Source: OCS116 cluster bacterium AG-390-A19 (lineage in GTDB: Bacteria; Pseudomonadota; Alphaproteobacteria; MED-G09). Taken from it: 64,000 nucleotides of DNA. The notes beneath the pieces were generated by a model. The model was not told the DNA's origin and did no database searches. It saw only the letters and a list, made by a program, of their open reading frames with translations. The translations under genes and the position numbers were made by a program. Below, piece after piece: positions 52,817-62,027 of this stretch (position 1 is its first letter; each line of letters starts with the position of its first letter). Location: positions 323,626-387,625 of the forward strand of contig QCGV01000001.1 of assembly GCA_003278145.1 (NCBI GenBank), read 5' to 3'.

Positions 52817-54142
52817 ATGGAATTAACTTTATATAACTCTTACACTCGTAAAAAAGAACTCTTTACTCCTATAAATGATAAAAGAGTTACGATTTATGCT
52901 TGTGGACCAACTGTTTATGGTCCAGGCCATATCGGCAATGGAAGGTCTGCAATTGTTTTTGATACATTAACAAGATTACTTAGGTATAAATATGAAAAAG
53001 TTATTTATGCAAGAAATATTACAGATGTTGACGATAAAATAATAAAATCATCAAAGGATGAGGGTATCTCTGTATCAGAGATTACAGATAAATATACAAA
53101 ACAATATCATAAAGATTTTGAACAATTAAATGTTCTTCCTCCTGATATTGAACCATTTGCAACTGACCATATTAATGAAATGATAAGCTTTATTAATGAG
53201 CTTATTTCAAATAAAAATGCATACATTTCTGATTCTAATGTTCTTTTTGATGTTTCTACTTTTTCTGAATATGGGTCCTTATCTGGAAGAAAGGTTGAGG
53301 ATATGATACCTGGGTCAAGAATACAGGTAGCAAGCTATAAAAAAGGATCATCAGATTTTATTTTATGGAAGCCATCTAAAGAGAATGAAATAGGTTGGGA
53401 AAGTCCTTGGGGTAGAGGAAGACCAGGTTGGCATTTAGAGTGCTCAACTATGATAAAAAAACACTTAGGAGAAACAATTGATATTCATGGAGGGGGAGAA
53501 GATTTAACATTCCCTCATCACGAAAATGAATTGGCTCAGTCAAAATGCTGTAATAAAAAGAATCTCTCTAACTTTTGGGTTCATAATGGTCTTTTAAGGA
53601 TTGATAATAATAAAATGTCTAAATCTTTGAAAAACTTTGTTCTTATGAAGGATCTTTTGAAAGATTATGATGGAGAGATTATACGCCTTGCAATGTTGGG
53701 CTCTCATTATAGACAGCCCTTAATATGGAGTGATGATTTAATTTCTCAATCAAAAAAAACGATTAATAATTTATATAATTCTATTAAAGATTTAGACAGC
53801 AATATAGATGTAAATAATTGTAAACCTGACGATAAAGTTTTAGAGGCGCTTCATGATGATTTAAATACTCCAAAAGCCCTTGCTGAAATTTTTTCGATTT
53901 CAAAAAATATTTCAAAATCAAAAAATAAAGATGATTTAGTTAAGTCTTTAATCGGATCTGCAAATTTAATAGGATTATTAAAACACAAATCAACAGATAA
54001 AATGCCCAAACAAAAATTAACAAAAGAAATTAAAAGTCTTATTAAACAAAGAGAAATTGCGCGTCAAAACAAAGACTATAAAGAGTCAGATAAGCTCAGA
54101 GAGATTCTTTTGGGTTTAGGTGTAGAAATAAATGATACTTAA
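52817..54142 (+). CDS. cysS: Cysteine--tRNA ligase
   Basis: CGPTVY, HIGN, GRPGWHLEC, KMSKS. Confidence 0.98.
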   Translation: MELTLYNSYTRKKELFTPINDKRVTIYACGPTVYGPGHIGNGRSAIVFDTLTRLLRYKYEKVIYARNITDVDDKIIKSSKDEGISVSEITDKYTKQYHKDFEQLNVLPPDIEPFATDHINEMISFINELISNKNAYISDSNVLFDVSTFSEYGSLSGRKVEDMIPGSRIQVASYKKGSSDFILWKPSKENEIGWESPWGRGRPGWHLECSTMIKKHLGETIDIHGGGEDLTFPHHENELAQSKCCNKKNLSNFWVHNGLLRIDNNKMSKSLKNFVLMKDLLKDYDGEIIRLAMLGSHYRQPLIWSDDLISQSKKTINNLYNSIKDLDSNIDVNNCKPDDKVLEALHDDLNTPKALAEIFSISKNISKSKNKDDLVKSLIGSANLIGLLKHKSTDKMPKQKLTKEIKSLIKQREIARQNKDYKESDKLREILLGLGVEINDT

Positions 54143-54159
54143 GTGATAATAATATAATT

Positions 54160-54615
54160 ATGGTTGAAAACTTATATAATGAAAGAATTTTAGAATTGGC
54201 TGCTACTTTATCAAAAGTAGGAAGATTGGAGAATGCTGAATTTTCCTCTGAGGCTGTAAGTAGATTATGTGGTTCAAAGGTTACAGTAGATATTGGAATT
54301 TCTGGAAATAAAATTAATGACTTTTCGCATGTTGTAAAAGCATGTGCCCTAGGTCAGGCATCTTCATCAGTAATGGCAAAAAAAATAATAGGCACTGATA
54401 TAAATGAGTTATTAGACCTTAAAATTAGAATGAAAGAAATGCTAAAAGATGATGGTCCACCACCATCAGGTAAGTGGTCTGATTTAGAGGTTTTACAACC
54501 AGTTAAAGATTACAAAGGGAGACACTCATCAGTTTTATTAACTTTTGATGCTGTAGAGGATTGTATAAATCAATATTTATCGAAATCCCAAAAACCAAGT
54601 GGTGAATTAATTTGA
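54160..54615 (+). CDS. IscU/NifU-N-like Fe-S scaffold family protein
   Basis: SRLCGS, ACALGQAS, RHSSVLL. Confidence 0.85.
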   Translation: MVENLYNERILELAATLSKVGRLENAEFSSEAVSRLCGSKVTVDIGISGNKINDFSHVVKACALGQASSSVMAKKIIGTDINELLDLKIRMKEMLKDDGPPPSGKWSDLEVLQPVKDYKGRHSSVLLTFDAVEDCINQYLSKSQKPSGELI

Positions 54616-54851
54616 ATCCTCTTGTAAAATTTTCTATATTTTTGATAAATTTATATAAAAAATTAATTTCTCCATTTTTGATGAAATCTTGTCGATTTGA
54701 ACCCACTTGCTCGTCATACTCATTAGAGGCTTTTAAGAGATTTGGATTTATGATTGGTTTGAAATTAACCGTGAAAAGGATTATACGTTGTCATCCATGG
54801 GGTGGTCATGGTTATGATCCAGTGCCAAATTTTGAAGAGATAAAAAAATAA
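54612..54851 (+). CDS. yidD: Membrane protein insertion efficiency factor
   Basis: CRFEPTCS.Y, RCHPWGGHGYDPVP. Confidence 0.95.
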   Translation: MNPLVKFSIFLINLYKKLISPFLMKSCRFEPTCSSYSLEAFKRFGFMIGLKLTVKRIIRCHPWGGHGYDPVPNFEEIKK

Positions 54852-54869
54852 AAAAGGATTATTAAGGTT

Positions 54870-56783
54870 ATGCCAATAGTTACACTACCAGATGGGTCAA
54901 AAAAAGAATTTGAAAAATCTATAACTATTGATGAACTATCTAACTCAATAGGTGCAGGTCTTGCAAAAGCAACAGTTGCTGGAAAAATAAATGGAATTCT
55001 TGTTGATGCATCAGAAAAGATTACTGAGGATTCAGATGTAATTATTGTAACAAATTCTGATCCTGAGGGTTTAGAAATAATTAGACACTCATGCGCTCAT
55101 TTATTTGGTCATGCTATAAAGCAAATGTATCCTGAAGCAAAAATGGCTATAGGTCCTACTATTGATAATGGATTTTACTATGATATTGATTTGGATGTTT
55201 CTCTTAACGATAAGGATCTTGAGTTAATAGAAGCCAGAATGAAAGAATTAGCAAATACTGATTATGATGTTGTCAGGAACGTGGTTGATAGAGAGCAAGC
55301 TTTAAAGGCATTTAAAGATAGAAGTGAAGATTATAAAATTGAGATTATTAATGAAATTCCGGATAATGAAATAATTGCTTTGTATCATCACAATGAATAC
55401 ACGGACATGTGTCGCGGACCTCATGTAACATCAACAAGACATCTTCGTTCATTTAAATTAATGAAAATAGCTGGGGCTTATTGGAGAGGTAATTCTGAAA
55501 ATAAAATGCTTCAAAGAATTTATGGTACAGCTTGGTCTAATGATAAAGATTTAAAAAAACATCTTATTTTATTAGAAGAGGCTGAAAAGAGAGACCATAG
55601 GAAGCTTGGGAGAGAATTAGATTTATTTCATTTTCAAGATGAGGCTGTAGGTATGGTGTTTTGGCACCCAAAAGGCTGGAGTATATATAGAGAGTTAGAG
55701 GAATATATAAGAAGAAAAATTACGAAAGGTGGTTATCAGGAAATTAAAACACCTCAGTTAATTGATAAAAAGCTTTGGGAGCAGTCTGGTCATTGGGATA
55801 AATACTCGGAGCATATGTATACCTCTGAAGCTGACGAAAGAGAACTGGCGTTGAAACCTATGAATTGCCCGGGTCATATTCAAGTTTTTAATCAAGGAAT
55901 AAAAAGCTATAGAGACCTTCCTTTAAGAATGTCTGAATTTGGTTCGTGTCATAGATATGAACCATCAGGTGCTCTTCATGGTTTAATGAGGGTGCGAAAT
56001 TTTGTACAAGATGATGCTCATATTTTTTGTACTGAAGATCAAATTGAATCTGAAACAATTTTATTTTGTAACCTTTTAAAGGAAGTTTATGAAGAACTGG
56101 GTTTTGATAAGGTTTCTATTATGTTTGCTGATAGACCTGAGAAAAGAGTTGGCGATGATTCTATTTGGGACAAAGCTGAAGGCGCTCTATTAAAGGCTAC
56201 TAAAGCAACTGGCCTACCTTTTGAAGAGAATAAAGGTGATGGAGCATTTTATGGTCCAAAACTAGATTTTTACCTTCATGATGCAATTGGTAGGGTTTGG
56301 CAGTGTGGAACTCTGCAAGTTGATTTTAATTTACCCAATCGTTTAGGAGCATCTTATATTGGAGAGGATAATAATAAACATATCCCAATTATGCTTCATA
56401 GGGCAATACTTGGAAGCTTGGAAAGGTTTTTAGGTATTTTAATTGAAAATTATGAAGGAAAATTTCCTCTTTGGCTTTCGCCTATTCAAGCTGCAATAAC
56501 AACAATAACATCTGGATCAAATCAAGCAGCAGAGAGAATCATAGAAAAGCTTCGTGATAATGGTATTAGGTCTGTAATTGATTTAAGAAATGAAAAAATT
56601 AATTATAAAGTCAGAGAACATTCAGTTAATAAAGTACCCTTCATTCTTGTTTTAGGTGATAGAGAAGTTGAAGAAAATACAATTACTATTCGTCGCCTAG
56701 GCTCCAAAGAGCAAAAAACTATGAATGTTGACGAATGTATTGAGCAAATAAGATTAGAGTCTCTTCCGCCCGATATTAAATAA
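54870..56783 (+). CDS. thrS: Threonine--tRNA ligase
   Basis: RHSCAH, DMCRGPH, KPMNCP, QDDAH, GAFYGPK, HRAILGS. Confidence 0.99.
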   Translation: MPIVTLPDGSKKEFEKSITIDELSNSIGAGLAKATVAGKINGILVDASEKITEDSDVIIVTNSDPEGLEIIRHSCAHLFGHAIKQMYPEAKMAIGPTIDNGFYYDIDLDVSLNDKDLELIEARMKELANTDYDVVRNVVDREQALKAFKDRSEDYKIEIINEIPDNEIIALYHHNEYTDMCRGPHVTSTRHLRSFKLMKIAGAYWRGNSENKMLQRIYGTAWSNDKDLKKHLILLEEAEKRDHRKLGRELDLFHFQDEAVGMVFWHPKGWSIYRELEEYIRRKITKGGYQEIKTPQLIDKKLWEQSGHWDKYSEHMYTSEADERELALKPMNCPGHIQVFNQGIKSYRDLPLRMSEFGSCHRYEPSGALHGLMRVRNFVQDDAHIFCTEDQIESETILFCNLLKEVYEELGFDKVSIMFADRPEKRVGDDSIWDKAEGALLKATKATGLPFEENKGDGAFYGPKLDFYLHDAIGRVWQCGTLQVDFNLPNRLGASYIGEDNNKHIPIMLHRAILGSLERFLGILIENYEGKFPLWLSPIQAAITTITSGSNQAAERIIEKLRDNGIRSVIDLRNEKINYKVREHSVNKVPFILVLGDREVEENTITIRRLGSKEQKTMNVDECIEQIRLESLPPDIK

Positions 56784-56784
56784 T

Positions 56785-58002
56785 TTATTTTTGAGAGTTT
56801 CCAATAATCCCTCTATCAATCAGCTCATTTATTTGATCTTCGTTAATTCCAATACTCTTAAGAACTTCAAAATTATCTTGCCCAAGTTTTGGAGCTGGTC
56901 CTTTTGGACCATCATCTGAATTATGAAACCTAACAGGAGAAGAAACTGTGGTATAATTTTCTTCACAGTCTTGGTCCTCAACCTTTGAAAAGGCACCGCT
57001 ATCAATAGCTTGCTTATCTTTTGACACCTCTTTAAGGTTTTGAACAGGGGACCAAATTAAATCCTGCTCATCAAGTTTTTCACCCCACTCAGACATTGTA
57101 TATTGGCTAAATGCTTTATCCATTTCGTCGATAAACTCTTTTGCATTTTCTCTTCTTGCTTGATTTGTATTGAATTTTTCGTTTTCTAGCCACTCCTCTT
57201 TTCCAAGAGCTCTTACAACTTTAGGTAAATCATAATCTCCACCGGCTCTTGGACTAAGACAAATCCATCTATCATCTTTAGTTTTGAAAAAATTAAATAT
57301 AGGATTAATTTGTTCATCTCTCTTTTTAGTAGAGGGTACTCTTCCAAATTTTAATTGCAAAGCCATATCCGAGCTGAGAGAGTATATGCCTGTTCTCAAA
57401 AGAGATGTCTCAACAACTTTTCCTTTTCCTGTTTTTGTTCTTTCATAAACTGCAGCTAAAATTCCGCTAACAGTAGAAATTGCTGTTATATGATCACCAG
57501 AAGCTGTTCTTATAGGAAGAGGTTCTTCTCCTTTTCTTTGAGTTAAATGTGCCATCCCTGATCTCGACCAATAAGCTGCGACATCAAAGCCAGGTCTATT
57601 TTTCTCTTCACCATCAAGACCATAACCAGTTAATGAGCAATATATTAATTTAGGGTTTACTTTAAGTAGGGATTCATGATCAAGTTTTGCACTTTCAAGA
57701 GATTGCGGTCTTACATTTGTTAAGAAAATATCTGCATCTTTTATTAATTCTCTTACAATATCAGCACCCTTTTCATCGCTAGTATTTATTGAGATACCTT
57801 TTTTTCCTCTATTATCTAATGTGAATATAGGGTTACCCTCAATAGGAACATTTGACTTCATTCCTTCAAAGAATCTTCTCATTGGACAACCATTCAAAGG
57901 TTCTACTTTTATAACTTCAGCACCCCAATCCCTTAACATAGCCCCAGCTGCCGGTGCTGCAACATAAGTAGCCATTTCAATAACTTTTAGTCCTTCAAGC
58001 AT
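56785..58002 (-). CDS. CaiB/BaiF (family III) CoA transferase
   Basis: MLEGLKVIE, GAEVIKVEP, NRGKK, GYG..G, PGFD, APKLGQ; start at 58002. Confidence 0.93.
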   Translation of the reverse strand: MLEGLKVIEMATYVAAPAAGAMLRDWGAEVIKVEPLNGCPMRRFFEGMKSNVPIEGNPIFTLDNRGKKGISINTSDEKGADIVRELIKDADIFLTNVRPQSLESAKLDHESLLKVNPKLIYCSLTGYGLDGEEKNRPGFDVAAYWSRSGMAHLTQRKGEEPLPIRTASGDHITAISTVSGILAAVYERTKTGKGKVVETSLLRTGIYSLSSDMALQLKFGRVPSTKKRDEQINPIFNFFKTKDDRWICLSPRAGGDYDLPKVVRALGKEEWLENEKFNTNQARRENAKEFIDEMDKAFSQYTMSEWGEKLDEQDLIWSPVQNLKEVSKDKQAIDSGAFSKVEDQDCEENYTTVSSPVRFHNSDDGPKGPAPKLGQDNFEVLKSIGINEDQINELIDRGIIGNSQK

Positions 58003-58071
58003 TTCAACCCCATTGAAAATTATTTTAGATAATAAACTGTGATTATTATTATTATGATATATCATTATTAC

Positions 58072-58860
58072 ATGAACGATAGTGAAAATAAATTAATTCC
58101 TGCATCAACTGTTTTAATAATTCGAGATGGTAAAATAGGCTTAGAAGTTTTCATGGTAGTAAGACATCATGAAATTGATTTTGCCTCAGGGGCTCTTGTA
58201 TTCCCTGGAGGCAAGCTAGATAAAAATGATTATGATAAGAAATTAAAAAATTTATCTTATGTTGATGAAATTGATAACTCTGAAACCCTTCCATTTAAAA
58301 TTGCTGCAATTAGAGAAAGTTTTGAAGAAGCAAATGTTTTGTTTGCTAATGATAAGAGTAGTAAATCTCATATAAGCATAAAAAGACTTAAAAGTTTATC
58401 CAATTGGAGAGAAAAATTTAATAACAACCATGCATCAATGATAGATTTTGCTTCAAATGAAGATTTAATTTTTTCTACAAAAAATCTTATACCATTTGCT
58501 CATTGGATTACCCCTGAAAAAATGCCAAAAAGATTTGATACTAGATTCTATATTGCAGAAGCCCCCAAAGATCATGAAGGTAAGCATGATGGAACTGAAT
58601 CCGTTGATTCTATATGGATAAGTCCTCAACAAGCTTTAGATGATTGCTATTCAAAAAAAAGAACAATTATTTTTCCAACAAGACTAAATCTAGAAAAGCT
58701 TAGTAAATCAAATACAGTTGAAGAAGCCCTAGAAAATGCAAGAAATTCAAAAATAGTTACAGTTATCCCATCAATAAGTAAGATTGAAGGAGAGGCTTTT
58801 TTAACAATTCCAGAAAAAGCTGGATATGGCTTAATAAAAGAACCTCTAAAAAATCTATAA
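58072..58860 (+). CDS. NUDIX hydrolase (NUDT19-like acyl-CoA diphosphatase type)
   Basis: VFPGG, AAIRESFEEA, HWITP...RFDTRF, IFPT. Confidence 0.85.
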   Translation: MNDSENKLIPASTVLIIRDGKIGLEVFMVVRHHEIDFASGALVFPGGKLDKNDYDKKLKNLSYVDEIDNSETLPFKIAAIRESFEEANVLFANDKSSKSHISIKRLKSLSNWREKFNNNHASMIDFASNEDLIFSTKNLIPFAHWITPEKMPKRFDTRFYIAEAPKDHEGKHDGTESVDSIWISPQQALDDCYSKKRTIIFPTRLNLEKLSKSNTVEEALENARNSKIVTVIPSISKIEGEAFLTIPEKAGYGLIKEPLKNL

Positions 58861-58862
58861 AA

Positions 58863-59627
58863 TTAATAAATAAATTGTTCGTTAATTATTCTTTCTTCAA
58901 GATTTGTTTTAGGATCAAATAACATTTTTAATTGAATATCTTTATCTTCTGAAATTTCTACATATTCAATATCTCTAAATTCTGAGTTATCAGCAACAAC
59001 ACTAACTGGTCTTTTCTTTTTCTCTAAAATATTAATTCTTACTTTTACGTTTCTCGGCAAAAGAGCTCCTTTCCACCTTCTTGGTCTAAATGCAGAGATA
59101 GGTGTTAAGGCCAATAAGTTAGAAGTTAATGGAAGAATGGGACCATGGGCTGATAGGTTATAAGCAGTACTACCTGCAGGTGTACATAAAAGTAAACCAT
59201 CACATATTAACTCTTTAAGTCTCTCTTTTCCATCAACATAAATTTTAACTTTCGCAGCTTGATATGTTTCTCGAAGAAGAGAAACTTCGTTAATAGCCTT
59301 TGCTGTAAAAATTTTATTCTTACTTTTAGTCTTCATTTTAAGAGGATGAAGTTCAGCCGATATAGATTTCTCAATTCTCTTTAAAAGGTTTTTTTCATTA
59401 TATTTATTCATTAAGAAACCAATAGATCCTTTATTCATTCCGTAAATTGGTAAATCCCTATTTATATTATCATGAAGAGTTTGGAGCATTAGTCCGTCAC
59501 CACCTAATGCAACAATAGTGTTAGCTTTATTTATTGGATAATTCTTATATAATTTAGCTAAATCTCTTTTTGCTTTTTTTGCTTCAGCATTGTTACTTGA
59601 TACTAAATGTATTTTTATTTCACTCAT
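58863..59627 (-). CDS. nadK: NAD kinase
   Basis: [23 protein letters not shown]. Confidence 0.95.
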   Translation of the reverse strand: MSEIKIHLVSSNNAEAKKAKRDLAKLYKNYPINKANTIVALGGDGLMLQTLHDNINRDLPIYGMNKGSIGFLMNKYNEKNLLKRIEKSISAELHPLKMKTKSKNKIFTAKAINEVSLLRETYQAAKVKIYVDGKERLKELICDGLLLCTPAGSTAYNLSAHGPILPLTSNLLALTPISAFRPRRWKGALLPRNVKVRINILEKKKRPVSVVADNSEFRDIEYVEISEDKDIQLKMLFDPKTNLEERIINEQFIY

Positions 59628-59692
59628 AAAAAAATTCTTCCATAATAATTGTTATTTGTCATTTGTTTTACTATGAATAGTTATATTTATCT

Positions 59693-61186
59693 ATGGGGGT
59701 TTTTTTGTTTCTTTCAATTGATCAGGGCACTTCATCAAGTAGAGCATTATTATTTGATGAAAAATTTAATGTTATTGATGTTTTTCAAAAAAAATTTAAA
59801 CAAATTTATTTAAATGAATCATGGGTAGAACATAATCCAAATGAAATTTTTGAGAGCGTAGTTTCATGCTGTGAAAAAATTTTAAAAGGCAAAAACTCTA
59901 AAAAAATACTGTCAGTTGGCATAACCAATCAAAGAGAAACAATTTTAGTTTGGGATAATAAAACAGGAAAACCTCTTTATAACGCAATAGTTTGGCAAGA
60001 TAAAAGAACATCAGAATTATGTAATAATTTAAAAAATGATGGGCTTGAAGATATTATAAATAAAAAAACAGGGCTGCTTCTTGATCCATATTTCTCGGCT
60101 ACAAAAATTGCTTGGATTTTGGATAATGTCGATGGTGTTAGAGAAAAAGCTAAAAACGGACAGGTTTGCTTTGGAACAATAGATACTTGGTTAATCTGGA
60201 AGTTAACAAATGGTAAAACTTTTGCAACAGATGTAACAAATGCTTCGAGAACAAGTTTATTTAATATTAAGGAAATGCAATGGGATAACGAACTTTTAGA
60301 CATATTTAAAATTCCATTTCATTGTTTACCAGAGGTAAAAGCTTGTGATGATTATTATGGTGATACAGAAATTTTAAGTAGATCTATAAAAATTACGGGT
60401 GTAATTGGTGATCAGCAGTCCTCAGCTATAGGACAATTTTGTTTTGAAGAGGGTGACTTGAAGTCAACATATGGAACTGGCTGCTTTGTTTTAGCAAATA
60501 CTGGGGATAAAATAATTTATTCAAATAAAAAATTACTAACAACTATTTCCTGCAAAATTAATAATGATGTAAGTTATGCTCTAGAAGGTTCAATTTTTAT
60601 GGCTGGAGGATTAATGAATTGGATGCAGTCCAATTTAAAGTTATTTAAAAATATTTCAGAAACATCAAAGTTAGCCTCATCTGTAAACCCGTCATCAAAT
60701 GTAATAATAGTACCAGCATTTTCTGGATTAGGAGCACCTCATTGGTCCCCTAATTCAAGGGGGGCAATTTATGGACTTACTCAAGATACAGGTAGAAGTG
60801 AATTAATACATTCTTCTTTGCAAGCAATTTCCCTTCAAACATATGATTTATTAGAAGCTTTTAGAGAAGATTTTGAAAGCAATAGTATCTCTTTATCTAA
60901 TTTTCTAAGCATTGATGGTGGAATGATAGAGAACGATTGGTTTGTAAAAAATTTAGCAGATATTACAAACTTTAATATCCTTAAAGCTTACACAAAAGAA
61001 TCTACAGCATTAGGCGCCTCATTGGTTTCAGGTATAGGTATTGGGTATTATAAAGGGTTTGATAATATAAAGTCTTTAACTAATATGGGTAATAAATTGC
61101 AATCAACCATTGATAAAAATTTAAGAAAAAAAATTATTGAAAATTGGCATAATGCAGTTCAAAAGACTATAGAAATAGCTGATTAA
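59693..61186 (+). CDS. glpK: Glycerol kinase
   Basis: IDQGTSSSR, ITNQRET, WQD.RT, TDVTNASRT, GDQQ, TYGTGCF. Confidence 0.95.
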   Translation: MGVFLFLSIDQGTSSSRALLFDEKFNVIDVFQKKFKQIYLNESWVEHNPNEIFESVVSCCEKILKGKNSKKILSVGITNQRETILVWDNKTGKPLYNAIVWQDKRTSELCNNLKNDGLEDIINKKTGLLLDPYFSATKIAWILDNVDGVREKAKNGQVCFGTIDTWLIWKLTNGKTFATDVTNASRTSLFNIKEMQWDNELLDIFKIPFHCLPEVKACDDYYGDTEILSRSIKITGVIGDQQSSAIGQFCFEEGDLKSTYGTGCFVLANTGDKIIYSNKKLLTTISCKINNDVSYALEGSIFMAGGLMNWMQSNLKLFKNISETSKLASSVNPSSNVIIVPAFSGLGAPHWSPNSRGAIYGLTQDTGRSELIHSSLQAISLQTYDLLEAFREDFESNSISLSNFLSIDGGMIENDWFVKNLADITNFNILKAYTKESTALGASLVSGIGIGYYKGFDNIKSLTNMGNKLQSTIDKNLRKKIIENWHNAVQKTIEIAD

Positions 61187-61257
61187 ATTTATTAATAAAG
61201 ACAATATTTGATTATTTGATATATTAATATTAAATAATTCTAGAAAGGTTATTAAGC

Positions 61258-62013
61258 ATGGGTAATGCAGTTAAGGATTCAGTCTCTACTGAAGAGTGGC
61301 AAACAAGAGTTGATCTAGCTGCTTTATATCGACTTGTTGCACTCTATGGTTGGGATGATTTAGTTTTTACTCATATTTCTGCAAGGGTTCCTGGCGAGGA
61401 TAATCATTTTTTGCTAAATCCTTATGGCCTTCTCTTTGAGGAAATAAAAGCTTCTGATTTGGTAAAAATAGATCTTGATGGAAACATAGTTTCTGAAACA
61501 GAACATTTTGTTAATGCTGCAGGATTTACTATACACTCAGCTGTTCATGGAAATGGGCAACATAACCATGCGGTAATTCATACTCATTCAAATGACGGAG
61601 TTGCCGTTTCTGCTCAGGAACATGGGCTTTTACCAATTTCACAAACCGCAATGGTTATTAGAAATGAATGTGCCTATCATGATTACGAGGGAATAGCTCT
61701 TAATCATGATGAAAGAGATAGATTACTCAATGATTTGGGTGATAAACATTGTATGATTTTAAGGAATCATGGATTACTAGCCACAGGCGCAACCTGTGCC
61801 GATGCATGGTTGAGGTTATTTTTTCTTGAGAGAGCATGCACAATGCAAATAAAAGCTCTATCCGGTGGTTCAAAATTAAATATGGTCCCTGATGATGTTA
61901 TTGAGCTTGTTACAGATCAAGGACAAATGGCCTCTGAACAAGGAATAGGTAACTTGGCATGGCCAGCACTTATAAGAAAACTTGATAAGATTGATATTAG
62001 TTATAAAGAATAA
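61258..62013 (+). CDS. Class II aldolase/adducin family protein
   Basis: THISAR, GFTIHS, HTH, LRNHG. Confidence 0.9.
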   Translation: MGNAVKDSVSTEEWQTRVDLAALYRLVALYGWDDLVFTHISARVPGEDNHFLLNPYGLLFEEIKASDLVKIDLDGNIVSETEHFVNAAGFTIHSAVHGNGQHNHAVIHTHSNDGVAVSAQEHGLLPISQTAMVIRNECAYHDYEGIALNHDERDRLLNDLGDKHCMILRNHGLLATGATCADAWLRLFFLERACTMQIKALSGGSKLNMVPDDVIELVTDQGQMASEQGIGNLAWPALIRKLDKIDISYKE

Positions 62014-62027
62014 AAAAGGAGATTTTT

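Noticed and set aside
54160-54615. IscU-like protein missing the third Cys as a pseudogene
   Set aside because: The ORF is intact and this variant is, to my knowledge, common next to yidD/thrS in alphaproteobacteria
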